Shown: positions 8,680 through 17,744 of the stretch, piece after piece | How the letters are laid out: each line of letters starts with the position of its first letter | How positions within the stretch are numbered: position 1 is the first letter of the stretch | Notes under the pieces: generated by a model | What the model saw: only the letters and a program-made list of their open reading frames with translations | Database searches by the model: none | Told to the model about the DNA's origin: nothing | Program-made: the position numbers and the translations under genes | Virus record (IMG/VR): IMGVR_UViG_3300043764_000051 | Location: 1-51,494 of that record | DNA length: 51,494 bases | From: a virus | Lineage: Duplodnaviria > Caudoviricetes | Strand: one strand, 5' to 3'

Positions 8680-9195
8680 ATGAACCGCCGCCAGATCACC
8701 GCAGGCGCTGCCCTTGCCGCCTACATCGCGACCGTGCCCGCCGCGAACATGCTCGTCGCCCACTACAGGCTCGTCCCAGTCGGGTTCGGACAGGTGGCAC
8801 CCGCCGGTGTCTACATGATCGGCCTCGCGCTGATCCTGCGAGACCTGGCCCGAGAACTTGCGGGGCGGGTTGCGATCATCGCAGCGATGCTGGTCGGCGC
8901 GGTCCTGTCGTACTGCCTCGCCGAACCCGCCCTCGCTATTGCCTCAGTGGCCGCGTTCTCCCTCGCCGAGACCCTCGACTACGCCGTCTACGAGCCGCTG
9001 CGCCGGCGAGGACTCGCCCTCGCGGTCGGCCTGTCGTCCACGGTCGGCCTGATCGCCGACAGCCTCGTGTTCCTGTCCCTCGCGTTCGGCTCCCTGCAAT
9101 ACCTGCCCGGGCAGATCCTCGGCAAGGCATGGATGACCCTGGCCGCGGTGCTGCTGATAGCCGTCCGGCGGCGCCGCTGGCCGGTGACCACGTGA
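8680..9195 (+). CDS. VUT/YhhQ-family (queuosine precursor) transporter
   Basis: Multi-TM; AAN...PAG...G...LRDL...G...AS..AF...E.LD...Y...S..VG..DS..FL..AFG...GQ..GK signature. Confidence 0.88.
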   Translation: MNRRQITAGAALAAYIATVPAANMLVAHYRLVPVGFGQVAPAGVYMIGLALILRDLARELAGRVAIIAAMLVGAVLSYCLAEPALAIASVAAFSLAETLDYAVYEPLRRRGLALAVGLSSTVGLIADSLVFLSLAFGSLQYLPGQILGKAWMTLAAVLLIAVRRRRWPVTT

Positions 9196-10001
9196 AGTTC
9201 TACCTCGGAACTCACATGCCGAACTGGCTCGCCACCGCTGGCGTGCCGCTGTTCATCTCCCGCAACCGGCTCAAGAACCGCAAGACCCTGCCGAAGGCCA
9301 TCGCTCCGTGGGCGTTGGACTCCGGGGGGTTCACCGAGGTCATGCAGTACGGCCGTTGGACGATCAGCCCGGAGCAGTACGTCGCCGAGGTCCGCCGTTA
9401 CCGGGACGAGATCGGCATGCTCGACTGGGTCGCGCCGATGGACTGGATGTGCGAGCCGTGGGTGATCGACGGCGGTCAGCACGGGCCGCTCACCTTCGCC
9501 GGTACGGGGCTGAGCGTCGAGGAACACCAGCGGCTCACGGTCGAGAACCTGTTGGAGCTCCGCGCGCTCGCCCCCGAACTGCCGTTCATCCCGGTTCTGC
9601 AGGGCTGGCAGCTCGCGGATTACCTGCGGTGCGCCGAGATGTACGCCGAGGCTGGCATTGACCTCACCGTCGAACCGGTCGTTGGTCTCGGCTCGGTGTG
9701 CCGCCGGCAGGCCACTGAGGAGATAGGGCAGATCGTCATCACCTTCGCCGACATAGGCCTTCGGCTTCACGGGTTCGGAGTGAAGACCCTCGGGATCGCC
9801 GAGTACGGCGACGACCTGAACTCGGCGGACTCGATGGCCTGGTCGCTGGACGCGCGCCGCCACGATCCGCTGCCGGGGCACACGCACAAGAACTGCGCCA
9901 GCTGCCCGGAGTGGGCGCTGCGCTGGCGGCAACGGGTTCTCGACACCCGGCGCTCGCCCCGACAGCTCGGCCTGTTCCCCACCGGCCTTACGGCCGCCTG
10001 A
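9192..10001 (+). CDS. DpdA-like / TGT-superfamily 7-deazaguanine transglycosylase
   Basis: LDSGGF, APMDWMCEP, IPVLQG, GLGSVCRR, LHGFGVK, SADSMAWS motifs; coupled to VUT gene. Confidence 0.85.
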   Translation: MKFYLGTHMPNWLATAGVPLFISRNRLKNRKTLPKAIAPWALDSGGFTEVMQYGRWTISPEQYVAEVRRYRDEIGMLDWVAPMDWMCEPWVIDGGQHGPLTFAGTGLSVEEHQRLTVENLLELRALAPELPFIPVLQGWQLADYLRCAEMYAEAGIDLTVEPVVGLGSVCRRQATEEIGQIVITFADIGLRLHGFGVKTLGIAEYGDDLNSADSMAWSLDARRHDPLPGHTHKNCASCPEWALRWRQRVLDTRRSPRQLGLFPTGLTAA

Positions 10002-10052
10002 CCACCCCGCGCCGGCCGCCGCGCGCGGCCGGCCCCCCCGAAGGAGCCCGCA

Positions 10053-10409
10053 TTGAGGCGCGCCAGCTACCTCAGCCCGCCCGACTTCCACCGCCTGGAC
10101 TGGGCGTGCCGACCCATCGCTGCCGCCTTCGGAAGCCCGGTTTACCTCGTCGGCTCTGCCCTGCGCACCGCCGAGTACCGGGACATCGACCTTCGGCTCA
10201 TCCTGCCCGACGACGACGAGCGGTTCACGGGACCCCTCCGGCTCGTGATCAACATCGCGCTGTCCGACCTCATCGCCAAGACCGCCGGACTCGCCCGACC
10301 GATCGACTTCCAGATCCAGTCCACGACCGAGGCCAACGCCGAGGACGGCGCCCGCAACCCGCTCGGCATCACCAGCGACGCCGCACGCCGCGCAGGCCGA
10401 CTGCCGTAA
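10053..10409 (+). CDS. minimal Pol-beta-superfamily nucleotidyltransferase
   Basis: VYLVGSA...YRDIDLRL and distal IDFQ; AAGGAG RBS before TTG. Confidence 0.75.
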   Translation: MRRASYLSPPDFHRLDWACRPIAAAFGSPVYLVGSALRTAEYRDIDLRLILPDDDERFTGPLRLVINIALSDLIAKTAGLARPIDFQIQSTTEANAEDGARNPLGITSDAARRAGRLP

Positions 10410-10460
10410 CCGCCCGGGCGCCGCCACCGTGCGCCGGCCATCCACCACCAGGAGCAGCAC

Positions 10461-10844
10461 ATGACCGACCTGATGCCCGCCGAGACGCTGAGCACCGCCG
10501 CGAAGCGTCTCCGCGAGCGCGCCACTGCCCCCAACATCACGCCCGGCCCGTGGCTCTGCCTCGACGGCGGAGACCGGATCATCCGTTACCCGGGCATCGA
10601 CGACACCGACTACGTGGTGGACGAGCCGACGAGCAACAGCGCGAACGCCGAGTGGATCGCCCTGATGCACCCGGGTGTTGGGCTCGCCCTCGCCGACTGG
10701 CTGGAGCGGGAAGCCGCCATCTGGACCGAGTTGGAGGCGGTGAAGGCAGAGCTGCACCCGAAGGGCTACAAGCTCTCCTGGCCGATCAGCACGCATGACG
10801 AAGCCCTCGCTGTGGCCCGTGCGGTCCTCGGTGGTGCTCAGTGA
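10461..10844 (+). CDS. Ea22/ead-like phage protein
   Basis: LRERAT..TPGPW...NAEWIALMHP.VGLALADWL...ALAVARA. Confidence 0.65.
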   Translation: MTDLMPAETLSTAAKRLRERATAPNITPGPWLCLDGGDRIIRYPGIDDTDYVVDEPTSNSANAEWIALMHPGVGLALADWLEREAAIWTELEAVKAELHPKGYKLSWPISTHDEALAVARAVLGGAQ

Positions 10845-11179
10845 CCAGTCAGCCGCCGACCATGGCCGCCATGCTCGAACTCGCCGAGCGGGCCCGCACC
10901 GAGTTTCTCGCCGAACAGCTGCGTCTGGAGCATGCGATCGTCGCCGCTATCGAGGGTGCGGGCCTGACCATCGTTCGGACCGAACCCGTTCAGGAGGTCG
11001 CTGCGAACTCTGCGGCGGTGCACCGCATGCGGACCGAGTTCTTCCAGCAGAGCGTGTTCCCTCGGGCCCTGGGCCAGATCGGCTCGCTGACCGACCTTCC
11101 GGTCATCGCAGACGAGGCGCTGCCGTCCGGCGAGGTCCACCTGCGGCCGCACCCGCGACCCGGCGGGGAGGCGTCGTGA
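10841..11179 (+). CDS. hypothetical protein
   Basis: GTGA-coupled. Confidence 0.55.
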   Translation: MTSQPPTMAAMLELAERARTEFLAEQLRLEHAIVAAIEGAGLTIVRTEPVQEVAANSAAVHRMRTEFFQQSVFPRALGQIGSLTDLPVIADEALPSGEVHLRPHPRPGGEAS

Positions 11180-11421
11180 CGCCGATGTCGTGGTGGCAGC
11201 TGGCCGTGCTGATCGCCGTCTGCGCGCTGATCCTCGGCGGCCTGGCCCTCCTGGACCGGCGGCTCGACCGGCGCCAGGCCGAACGGGACGTGTCGGCCGA
11301 GGCCGAGCACTACCTCCGCAGCGCGGTCGAGCAGGCCTGGCAGGAGGCGCAGATGACGGAGTGGGAGGAGCTCATCCGGAACCTGAACAGCGACTACGGA
11401 CCTGACTGGAGGGAATCGTGA
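11176..11421 (+). CDS. small membrane protein
   Basis: N-terminal TM WWQLAVLIAVCALILGGLALL. Confidence 0.6.
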   Translation: MTPMSWWQLAVLIAVCALILGGLALLDRRLDRRQAERDVSAEAEHYLRSAVEQAWQEAQMTEWEELIRNLNSDYGPDWRES

Positions 11422-11672
11422 ACAGGCACCGGCACCTGACCGACGTGGAGCGCCGGGCCCTGGATGGTCTGATTCGCCGCGCGGCGCCGGCGCTCGGCCC
11501 TGAGGACGGCGAGCTGCTGTGCTTGCTGTTCCGCCGCCAGCTCGCTGATGCACAGCACTCGAGGCGTCGGGCTGTGGAGTTGGACCGGAAGCTGTCCCAG
11601 CTGCGCGCCGAGTCGGAGCCGCTGCCGTCGGACGGGCCCGCGCCGATTCCACGAGTGAGGGCCGTGTCGTGA
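11418..11672 (+). CDS. hypothetical protein
   Basis: GTGA-coupled, GGAGG RBS. Confidence 0.55.
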   Translation: MNRHRHLTDVERRALDGLIRRAAPALGPEDGELLCLLFRRQLADAQHSRRRAVELDRKLSQLRAESEPLPSDGPAPIPRVRAVS

Positions 11673-11836
11673 CGACGATCGTCAGCGAATGGCCTTCGGA
11701 TGAACCGCTCTGGGACGACGACGGGGAGTTCCCGCCGCTCGACCAGCGCAAGCACCTGTTGCGGCGGGGCCGTTGGCGTCCGATAGAGGACGGGCCGTCG
11801 ATCGACACATACGAGGCCGGCCAGCAGGCGGCCTGA
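11669..11836 (+). CDS. small hypothetical protein
   Basis: GTGA-coupled 55-aa ORF not in supplied track. Confidence 0.5.
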   Translation: MTTIVSEWPSDEPLWDDDGEFPPLDQRKHLLRRGRWRPIEDGPSIDTYEAGQQAA

Positions 11837-11861
11837 ACCAACCATCCCGAAGGAGATCACC

Positions 11862-12026
11862 ATGTCGTGGCAGAACCACATCCCGCACATCCCGACCGAG
11901 GCCGAGTTGGACGCGGCGCCCGTTGCGGACGCGCTGCAGGCGCACGAGGTGTTCGAGTGCGAGCACCCCGCCTGCGAGATCGCGTGCTACGAACTCGCCA
12001 CCAGACCTGCAGCGCAAGCCGCTTGA
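11862..12026 (+). CDS. small hypothetical protein
   Basis: AAGGAG RBS; MSWQNHIPHIPTEAELDAAP... Confidence 0.55.
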   Translation: MSWQNHIPHIPTEAELDAAPVADALQAHEVFECEHPACEIACYELATRPAAQAA

Positions 12027-12077
12027 CCACCGCCCGCCCCGCAACCGTGGGGCGGGCAGCACTCGTTGGAGGAACAG

Positions 12078-12389
12078 ATGGACGTCGAGGAGTTCGACGG
12101 CTGCAAGAGGGCCTGCCGTACAGCGGGCCGGCACACTCTCGTGTGGGGTGACTGCTCGGCAGCACCGGAGTCGGCCAGGCCGGAGCCGAAGTTGACCGTG
12201 ATGCGCACCCGGATCGCAGAGGACGGCTATCCGTCGCTGGTCGGCGAGTTGTTCACCCGGACCGAGCTGGCGGAGCGGATCGAGCTCACGCTGCGGGCGG
12301 TCCCGCTTGTCTCCGCGCCCCCGGCGGACGCGGACTACCAGGCGATGGCGTTGGCCGCCGCGGACGACCTGATCGAGGCGGACCGGTGA
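12078..12389 (+). CDS. hypothetical protein
   Basis: GGAGG RBS; CKRAC...HTLVWGDC. Confidence 0.6.
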   Translation: MDVEEFDGCKRACRTAGRHTLVWGDCSAAPESARPEPKLTVMRTRIAEDGYPSLVGELFTRTELAERIELTLRAVPLVSAPPADADYQAMALAAADDLIEADR

Positions 12390-12619
12390 GCGGCTTCCCG
12401 AGACCGTTCGTGCTGCGCCGCGCGGAGGACGTGTCCGGTGTGTCCGGGTGCGGTGATGTCGCCCAGGGCGTGGTGTTCGCGGACGGCACCGTGGCGTTGC
12501 GCTGGCAGTCCGCGACGGCCTCGACCGTGCTCTGGGCCAGCCTCGATGACGCGCTCGCGGTGCACGGGCATGACGGGCGTACGAGGGCCGTCTTCGCTGA
12601 CGAGGAGGCTGTGGCGTGA
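12386..12619 (+). CDS. conserved actinophage small protein
   Basis: FVLRRAEDVSGVSGCGDVAQGVVFADGTVALRW...VHGHDGRT. Confidence 0.8.
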   Translation: MSGFPRPFVLRRAEDVSGVSGCGDVAQGVVFADGTVALRWQSATASTVLWASLDDALAVHGHDGRTRAVFADEEAVA

Positions 12620-13461
12620 CCGAATTCGAGGTCCGGAAGCGGACGACCGCGGGCAGTCTGCGGTGCGGCCGGGAGAAGCTGCTGGAGGCGCATGCCGAAC
12701 TGGAGGCTGCGGGCGCCGACCTGGGGCCGTTGACGAAGATCCTCGGTATAGCGCTCGCCCTGGACGGGTTGGCGGCGAATGCGGAGGCGGAGGTGGTGCA
12801 GGCGTCGCGGACGGCCGGCGGGCTGTCGGCGAAGGTGGCCCTGCTATCGCAGCAGTTGCGGTCGGCGGAGGATGAGCTTGGCCGGCTGCGCCCGGAGAAC
12901 CAGGCGCTGCGGGCCCGGGTGGAGCAGTTGGAGGCCCCGGTGGCGGACAAGGAGCGGCTGGCGGTGGCACTCGACGCGGTGACGCACGCTCTGCACCTCG
13001 ACTCGGAGCACGTGCGCCGCGCCTCGCGGGAGCGCGCGGCCGGGGAGGCGTCGCGAGCGGTCGGCGCGCACATCGCCCACCGGATCAGGGCGGAGCTGGT
13101 GTGCTGCGACCAGTACGGGAAGACCCACGACGGGCTGACGTACGAGCAGTCGAAGGCTGCGGTCGCCGGACTGAAGCGGGGCCGCGGCTATCACGATCTG
13201 TGCTACTGGGGCGAGGCTGCGGCCCGACTCGCCGAGGACCGCCCGGACGGCTTCGCGGACGAGTCCGGGCCGGAACCGGACCCGCAGCCGGTGAGCGCCG
13301 AGTTCTTCGCCGAGCTTGCCGTTGCCAAGGCGGTCGGGGACGGTGGGCCGGTCTGTCCGACGGAGTGCGATGCGGACTGTGACGCATCCTGCCATGAAGG
13401 GCATTTCGTGCCGTGGAAGCGGCAGCACCCGGAGGGCAGTTGCGCTGAGCGGCCCGCGTGA
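12616..13461 (+). CDS. coiled-coil hypothetical protein with Cys/His motifs
   Basis: GTGA-coupled; IRAELVCCD...HDLCYWGEAAAR; CDADCDASCHEGH. Confidence 0.7.
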   Translation: MTEFEVRKRTTAGSLRCGREKLLEAHAELEAAGADLGPLTKILGIALALDGLAANAEAEVVQASRTAGGLSAKVALLSQQLRSAEDELGRLRPENQALRARVEQLEAPVADKERLAVALDAVTHALHLDSEHVRRASRERAAGEASRAVGAHIAHRIRAELVCCDQYGKTHDGLTYEQSKAAVAGLKRGRGYHDLCYWGEAAARLAEDRPDGFADESGPEPDPQPVSAEFFAELAVAKAVGDGGPVCPTECDADCDASCHEGHFVPWKRQHPEGSCAERPA

Positions 13462-13550
13462 TTCGCGCGTCTGGCTGCCTGATCCTGCATGATGGTCACA
13501 AAAGCGAAACGGGCACTCTCTGACCTGGCCCGGTCGAGTGCCCGCCGCGT

Positions 13551-13742
13551 GTGAAGTTGCGGTTCCGGAACCGAGTGTACGCCCTCGCACTTCCGGAGCG
13601 CCGAATGCGTGATCGCCGCCACTACCGAGACGCCTTGCTGGCCCGTGCCCTGGGGTTGACCTGGGACCAGGTGCAGCAGATACCCGAGTACATCCGCGAG
13701 TTCGGCATCACCCTGCTCCTCGACGGGGGCGGTGACCGATGA
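13551..13742 (+). CDS. small hypothetical protein
   Basis: Coupled (ATGA) to next gene. Confidence 0.4.
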   Translation: MKLRFRNRVYALALPERRMRDRRHYRDALLARALGLTWDQVQQIPEYIREFGITLLLDGGGDR

Positions 13743-14080
13743 CGATCCGCGTTCACATCGGCGACGACTACATCGGGATGCAGGTCCGCATCGCGGTCGT
13801 CCTGGAGGCCGAAGGCATCCCGCGTCAGATCATGCGGCTCGCGGGCGCCCACCACGTGTGGGAGCCGCTGGACGAGGACGTGTCGGTCGAGCCGACGCTC
13901 AGTCTCTCGTCTGACGCCGCGCGGGCGTTGCTGGACGCCCTGACTCGGCACTACCACGGGGCTGAGGACACGCGTGCGCTGCGCCGGGACTACGACGCTG
14001 AACGGCGCCGCGTCGACGATCAGGCGAAGGTCATCGCAGACGTGGTGCGGTCGCTGGCGGCGAGGGAGGTGGCCCGGTGA
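13739..14080 (+). CDS. hypothetical phage protein
   Basis: ALLDALTRHYHGAEDTRALRRDYDAERRRVD. Confidence 0.7.
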   Translation: MTIRVHIGDDYIGMQVRIAVVLEAEGIPRQIMRLAGAHHVWEPLDEDVSVEPTLSLSSDAARALLDALTRHYHGAEDTRALRRDYDAERRRVDDQAKVIADVVRSLAAREVAR

Positions 14081-14382
14081 GCGTGTACGAGATCAGCCTC
14101 ATGGACTGCCTGGAACCGTCCCGTCCGCCGGAGCGGGTGCTGACGCTCAGCGTCGTCGACGACACCGTGTTCCTTCAGATCGAGAAGGTCGAGGAGGACG
14201 GCGAGTCCACACAGAAGACCAAGGTCGCGGAGATCTCCGTCAGTTCCGCTTCGCTGGCCGAGGCCCTCGATCTGCTGCGCGCCGATCGGCAGCGGGAAGA
14301 TCTGCGGCCGGTCGAGAACGAGAAGACGGGCAACCGCGGGGCGCGTTACGCCGGAACTCGTCAAGTGTGGGTGCGGGCATGA
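14077..14382 (+). CDS. hypothetical protein
   Basis: GTGA-coupled, GGAGG RBS. Confidence 0.6.
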   Translation: MSVYEISLMDCLEPSRPPERVLTLSVVDDTVFLQIEKVEEDGESTQKTKVAEISVSSASLAEALDLLRADRQREDLRPVENEKTGNRGARYAGTRQVWVRA

Positions 14383-14612
14383 CCGGGCTGGAGCTGACCG
14401 CGGTGTGGCTGTTCGGGATCGTGTGCGCCGCGATCAGCGCGTGCACGGTCGCGAAGTCCCGGGCTGAGGCGCTGACCGAGGTCGCGCGGCATGAGGCGGA
14501 TGCTTCCCGGCATCACGCGCGGGCGCAGGTCACGGTGCAGCGGATGGAGTTGGAGGCGCAGACGGGCGGGCCGGTGTTCGTGCCGGCGGAGTGGTCGGAG
14601 GAAGAGCTGTGA
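14379..14612 (+). CDS. small membrane protein
   Basis: ATGA-coupled; N-terminal TM. Confidence 0.55.
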   Translation: MTGLELTAVWLFGIVCAAISACTVAKSRAEALTEVARHEADASRHHARAQVTVQRMELEAQTGGPVFVPAEWSEEEL

Positions 14613-14911
14613 CCGATCCTGACCGTGCATGTCCGCACGAGGACTTCGCCGCGTCGGTGGAGGTGAACCGGCTCACCAAGTCCGACGACGACTCGGCTGT
14701 GGTCGGGTTCAGCGCGGAGATCACCGTGGCGTGCGTGCACTGCGGCGAGAAGTTCCGCTGGACCGGGCTACAAGCCGGGTACTCGCCGAAGCGGCCGATG
14801 TGCAACGTCGACGAGACGGTGCTGATTGCGCCGCTGCGCCCGGCGTCGGCGGACCCTGACTTCGGACTGGGCATTCCGGGCTACGCCATCGGCTACAGGG
14901 AGGCATCGTGA
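14609..14911 (+). CDS. Zn-ribbon-like hypothetical protein
   Basis: CPHEDF...CVHCGEKFRW. Confidence 0.65.
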   Translation: MTDPDRACPHEDFAASVEVNRLTKSDDDSAVVGFSAEITVACVHCGEKFRWTGLQAGYSPKRPMCNVDETVLIAPLRPASADPDFGLGIPGYAIGYREAS

Positions 14912-15435
14912 TCGAGCCCTCGCCCCGTCCCGGGGACATAGGCCTGACGTCCGTGAACGGCCCGGTGGGCTGGCTGATCTCGTTGGGCGAGTGGTTGCTC
15001 GGCGATGGCTTCACCAGGTTCGACCACGCGTTCATCGTCCTCGACGGCGGCCGGCTGATTGAGGCGCAGCCGGGTGGCGCGCGGATCGTTCCGCTGTCGA
15101 CGTACGCGGACCGCAAGGTGGTGTTCGTGGCCCCGGCCGGGCTGACGGACGGGCAGCGGGTGCTGATCTGCGCTCAGGCCGAGGCCATGGTCGGCACGCC
15201 GTACAGCTTCTTGGACTACGCGGCCATCGCTCTGCACCGCTTCCACATCCCCGCCCCGGGGCTGCGCAGGTTCGTCTCCTCGACGCGTCACGAGATCTGC
15301 TCCGCGCTCTGCGACGAGGTGTACCGGCGGGCCGGGGTGCAGTTGTTCGCTGACGGTCGGTGGCCAGGGTTCTGTACGCCGGCAGACCTCTGGAACCTGC
15401 TCGGCCGGGGAGGTGGCTCGGGTGTCGCTGCGTGA
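14908..15435 (+). CDS. permuted papain-like NlpC/P60 (YiiX/YebB-like) protein
   Basis: GDIGL...FDHAFI...IEA...GTPYSF...ICSAL...TPADL; His before Cys (permuted order). Confidence 0.8.
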   Translation: MIEPSPRPGDIGLTSVNGPVGWLISLGEWLLGDGFTRFDHAFIVLDGGRLIEAQPGGARIVPLSTYADRKVVFVAPAGLTDGQRVLICAQAEAMVGTPYSFLDYAAIALHRFHIPAPGLRRFVSSTRHEICSALCDEVYRRAGVQLFADGRWPGFCTPADLWNLLGRGGGSGVAA

Positions 15436-15646
15436 GGTCAGCGCCTCCGGCGGCCGGCACTTCTGTGACCTGCCGCGGTTCATGGACACCTTCGACCATG
15501 ACAGTGGCGAGGTCCACCAGTGCGACAACTGCGGCCGGTTCTGGCGGCTGTGGATGGGCAGCCGGCACTTCGACTGGGAGCGGGTCGGCTGGTGGGAGTC
15601 GCGCCGCCTTCGTCGGTTGCTGCGGAAGGACGGTGAGCAGCGGTGA
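15413..15646 (+). CDS. small Zn-binding protein
   Basis: GGAGG RBS; HFC...CDNCGRFW. Confidence 0.55.
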   Translation: MARVSLREVSASGGRHFCDLPRFMDTFDHDSGEVHQCDNCGRFWRLWMGSRHFDWERVGWWESRRLRRLLRKDGEQR

Positions 15647-15909
15647 GGCGGCGACTTGGTCGGGTCGGAGATCGGCTTGCGGGTGGTCTGCGCCGGTTGC
15701 TGGACAACCAAGTGGTGTTCTGGCTGGGTGCGGTGTGGGGTGTGGCGTCGGTGCACGTGGAGCGGAGTCGGTTCCGTTGGGTGCCGTTGGCGCTGCTCGT
15801 CGGCTCGGTCGTGGTCGTGGCGGCGTTGGGTGCACTGCGCTGGTGGATGCGTCGGCGCTGGCGGGTCGTTTTGGTCGACGCGCCGACGGAGGGCGGTGGG
15901 CCGCGGTGA
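15643..15909 (+). CDS. two-TM membrane protein
   Basis: GTGA-coupled; two hydrophobic segments. Confidence 0.55.
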   Translation: MRRRLGRVGDRLAGGLRRLLDNQVVFWLGAVWGVASVHVERSRFRWVPLALLVGSVVVVAALGALRWWMRRRWRVVLVDAPTEGGGPR

Positions 15910-16154
15910 CGGCAGTGATGTGGATGGCCTTCGCCGCGGTCGGCGTCTTCTGCCTGGCCTGGTCGCTGATCCGGGACTGGCGGATGCGGCGTCGGCTGGA
16001 CCGGTCGTGGGAGGAGTCGCGTCGGCGGTTGATGGAGCGCGCCTGGTTGCACACGCATCCGGATGGCCGGCAGGAGTGGATGGTTGACGGGCGGCCGGAG
16101 GATTCGGCGTGGCTGCGGGAGGACCGGGCGCCGGACGGGAGGCGGTGGCGGTGA
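15906..16154 (+). CDS. small membrane protein
   Basis: GTGA-coupled; N-terminal TM. Confidence 0.55.
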   Translation: MTAVMWMAFAAVGVFCLAWSLIRDWRMRRRLDRSWEESRRRLMERAWLHTHPDGRQEWMVDGRPEDSAWLREDRAPDGRRWR

Positions 16155-16381
16155 GTGGCCCCGAAGGGCTGGGCGCGTTCCTGGCCGCGATCCTCCAGCC
16201 GCCTGTGCAGGACGGGCCGCCGTGGGTTCACACGGTCAGGCCGCCCGAGCCGGTGGAGGAGCTGGAGGAGGGCGAGGACGGGGAGATGGTGTTGGCCGCG
16301 CGCATCCCGCTCCGGCCGGCGTTCACGCTCGAGCAGCGGCCGGTGTTCTCGGGCTGCCTGGCCTACATGGAGGAGCAATGA
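16151..16381 (+). CDS. hypothetical protein
   Basis: GTGA-coupled. Confidence 0.5.
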   Translation: MSGPEGLGAFLAAILQPPVQDGPPWVHTVRPPEPVEELEEGEDGEMVLAARIPLRPAFTLEQRPVFSGCLAYMEEQ

Positions 16382-16815
16382 CGACGCCGCTTTGGGGCCA
16401 CAAGCCGCCCCCGGTTGCCAACACCGGGGACTACTGCGCGGATGCGCCGCCGGAGCCGTCCGCACGGGCCGTGTACTGGATGTGGCGTTTCCGCGAGGGC
16501 TCCTGGTTTCCGAACCGGCGTCTTCGGGGTGAGTGTGGGGACTGTCAGGCGGCGATGCTCGGGGTGTGGGTCTGGGAGGCCAGGCGGGCGTTCATTCCGC
16601 TCGAGCAGTTGCTGTTCGGGACGCCGTTGGACGTGATCGTGGGTCAGACAGTGGAGTGGAGCAGGGACGCGCCGGGGCCGTATTGGGGGTTGTTGGAGGA
16701 GCGGTCGCGGCCGGCTGATGTTCCGGAGGACGGGGTGTCGAACTTGGCGGCTGCGATGCAGGCGGCAAGGCGGCGGCCGGTGTCGGCTCTGGACGCGTTG
16801 AGGGGGCGGCGGTGA
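16378..16815 (+). CDS. hypothetical protein
   Basis: ATGA-coupled, GGAGG RBS. Confidence 0.55.
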   Translation: MTTPLWGHKPPPVANTGDYCADAPPEPSARAVYWMWRFREGSWFPNRRLRGECGDCQAAMLGVWVWEARRAFIPLEQLLFGTPLDVIVGQTVEWSRDAPGPYWGLLEERSRPADVPEDGVSNLAAAMQAARRRPVSALDALRGRR

Positions 16816-17150
16816 GCGAGGCTGATTCGAATGCTCGGGTGAACGCGTGGCTGTTGGAGCGGTTCCGTGCCGCTGATGAGTACTGGCGCCGCGACGAGGC
16901 GATCGGGCACCTGCGGCGTTGCTCGTCGACGCGGGTCGTCGCGTGCGAGCACGGCTGGGAGTGCTGCTGCTATTCGGAGTACACGCGGGACGACGAGTGG
17001 CGGATCGCGGTGCACCTCGCGTGCGATGACGGGGTCAGTGGCGAGTGGGACCGGTCAGGGCTCGTGTGGGGCGACCTTCCGGAACTGATCGCGGCGATCA
17101 AGGATGCGGACCTGGACGACTTCGAGTGCCCGTACGACGAGGAGGAGTAG
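16812..17150 (+). CDS. hypothetical protein
   Basis: GTGA-coupled; CCCYSEYTRDD. Confidence 0.6.
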   Translation: MSEADSNARVNAWLLERFRAADEYWRRDEAIGHLRRCSSTRVVACEHGWECCCYSEYTRDDEWRIAVHLACDDGVSGEWDRSGLVWGDLPELIAAIKDADLDDFECPYDEEE

Positions 17151-17485
17151 TGAGCGGCTCCGGCGAGTTCCGGTTCGCGCAGGTGGATACGGGCCAGATC
17201 TATCTGCGGCATCTGGTGTGCGGTGAGATCGACTGGAGGCCGGTGGACGACGGGCTCGCTGTGGCCGAGGAGGTGGCCAGGACGCACGTCTGTCCCGCGC
17301 CCGAACCAGTGCCGAAGCCGACGTGGTGCCCGTGTGGTCACGACGTGGACAGTGACCTCCGCTGCTTGAACGGGAGGATCTACGGGCCGTGCGAGTCGGA
17401 GCACTGCGATGGGCCGTGCACGGACACGTACGGGTATTGCGACTCGAACGGATGCCTGTGCGAGGAGGGCGATGATGCCGGTTGA
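17150..17485 (+). CDS. Cys-rich hypothetical protein
   Basis: TAGTG coupling; many Cys in C-terminal half. Confidence 0.55.
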   Translation: MSGSGEFRFAQVDTGQIYLRHLVCGEIDWRPVDDGLAVAEEVARTHVCPAPEPVPKPTWCPCGHDVDSDLRCLNGRIYGPCESEHCDGPCTDTYGYCDSNGCLCEEGDDAG

Positions 17486-17744
17486 GAGCTTCTACGCGGT
17501 GCTGTGCGAGGGACCGTGCGGACGCCGGTTGAACGGCGGCCAGGCCGTTGCTGGCGCGCCCGAGATGTTCACCTCCCGTGAGAAAGCGTGGCAAGCTGCT
17601 CAAGACGCTGGCTGGTGGTACGAGTACAGGGAGCCCGGTCGCATCAGCGGCTCGTGCCAGATCGTGATCGGCTGTTCGGGCTGCATGCCGGCGCTGATGG
17701 TGGAGCCACCGCTTCTGTTCACAAGGGGGCGGTGGACCATATGA
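17472..17744 (+). CDS. small Zn-binding protein
   Basis: GGAGG RBS; CEGPCG...CSGC. Confidence 0.55.
   Translation: MMPVESFYAVLCEGPCGRRLNGGQAVAGAPEMFTSREKAWQAAQDAGWWYEYREPGRISGSCQIVIGCSGCMPALMVEPPLLFTRGRWTI

Noticed and set aside
9192-10001. Canonical tRNA-guanine transglycosylase (tgt)
   Set aside because: Too short (269 aa) and lacks the Tgt N-terminal TPxFMP and CxCxxC motifs; phage context favours DpdA-like.
13510-13543. Hairpin CGGGCACTC/GAGTGCCCG as an ncRNA
   Set aside because: Single stem in a short spacer; cannot be distinguished from an ordinary terminator or processing stem.
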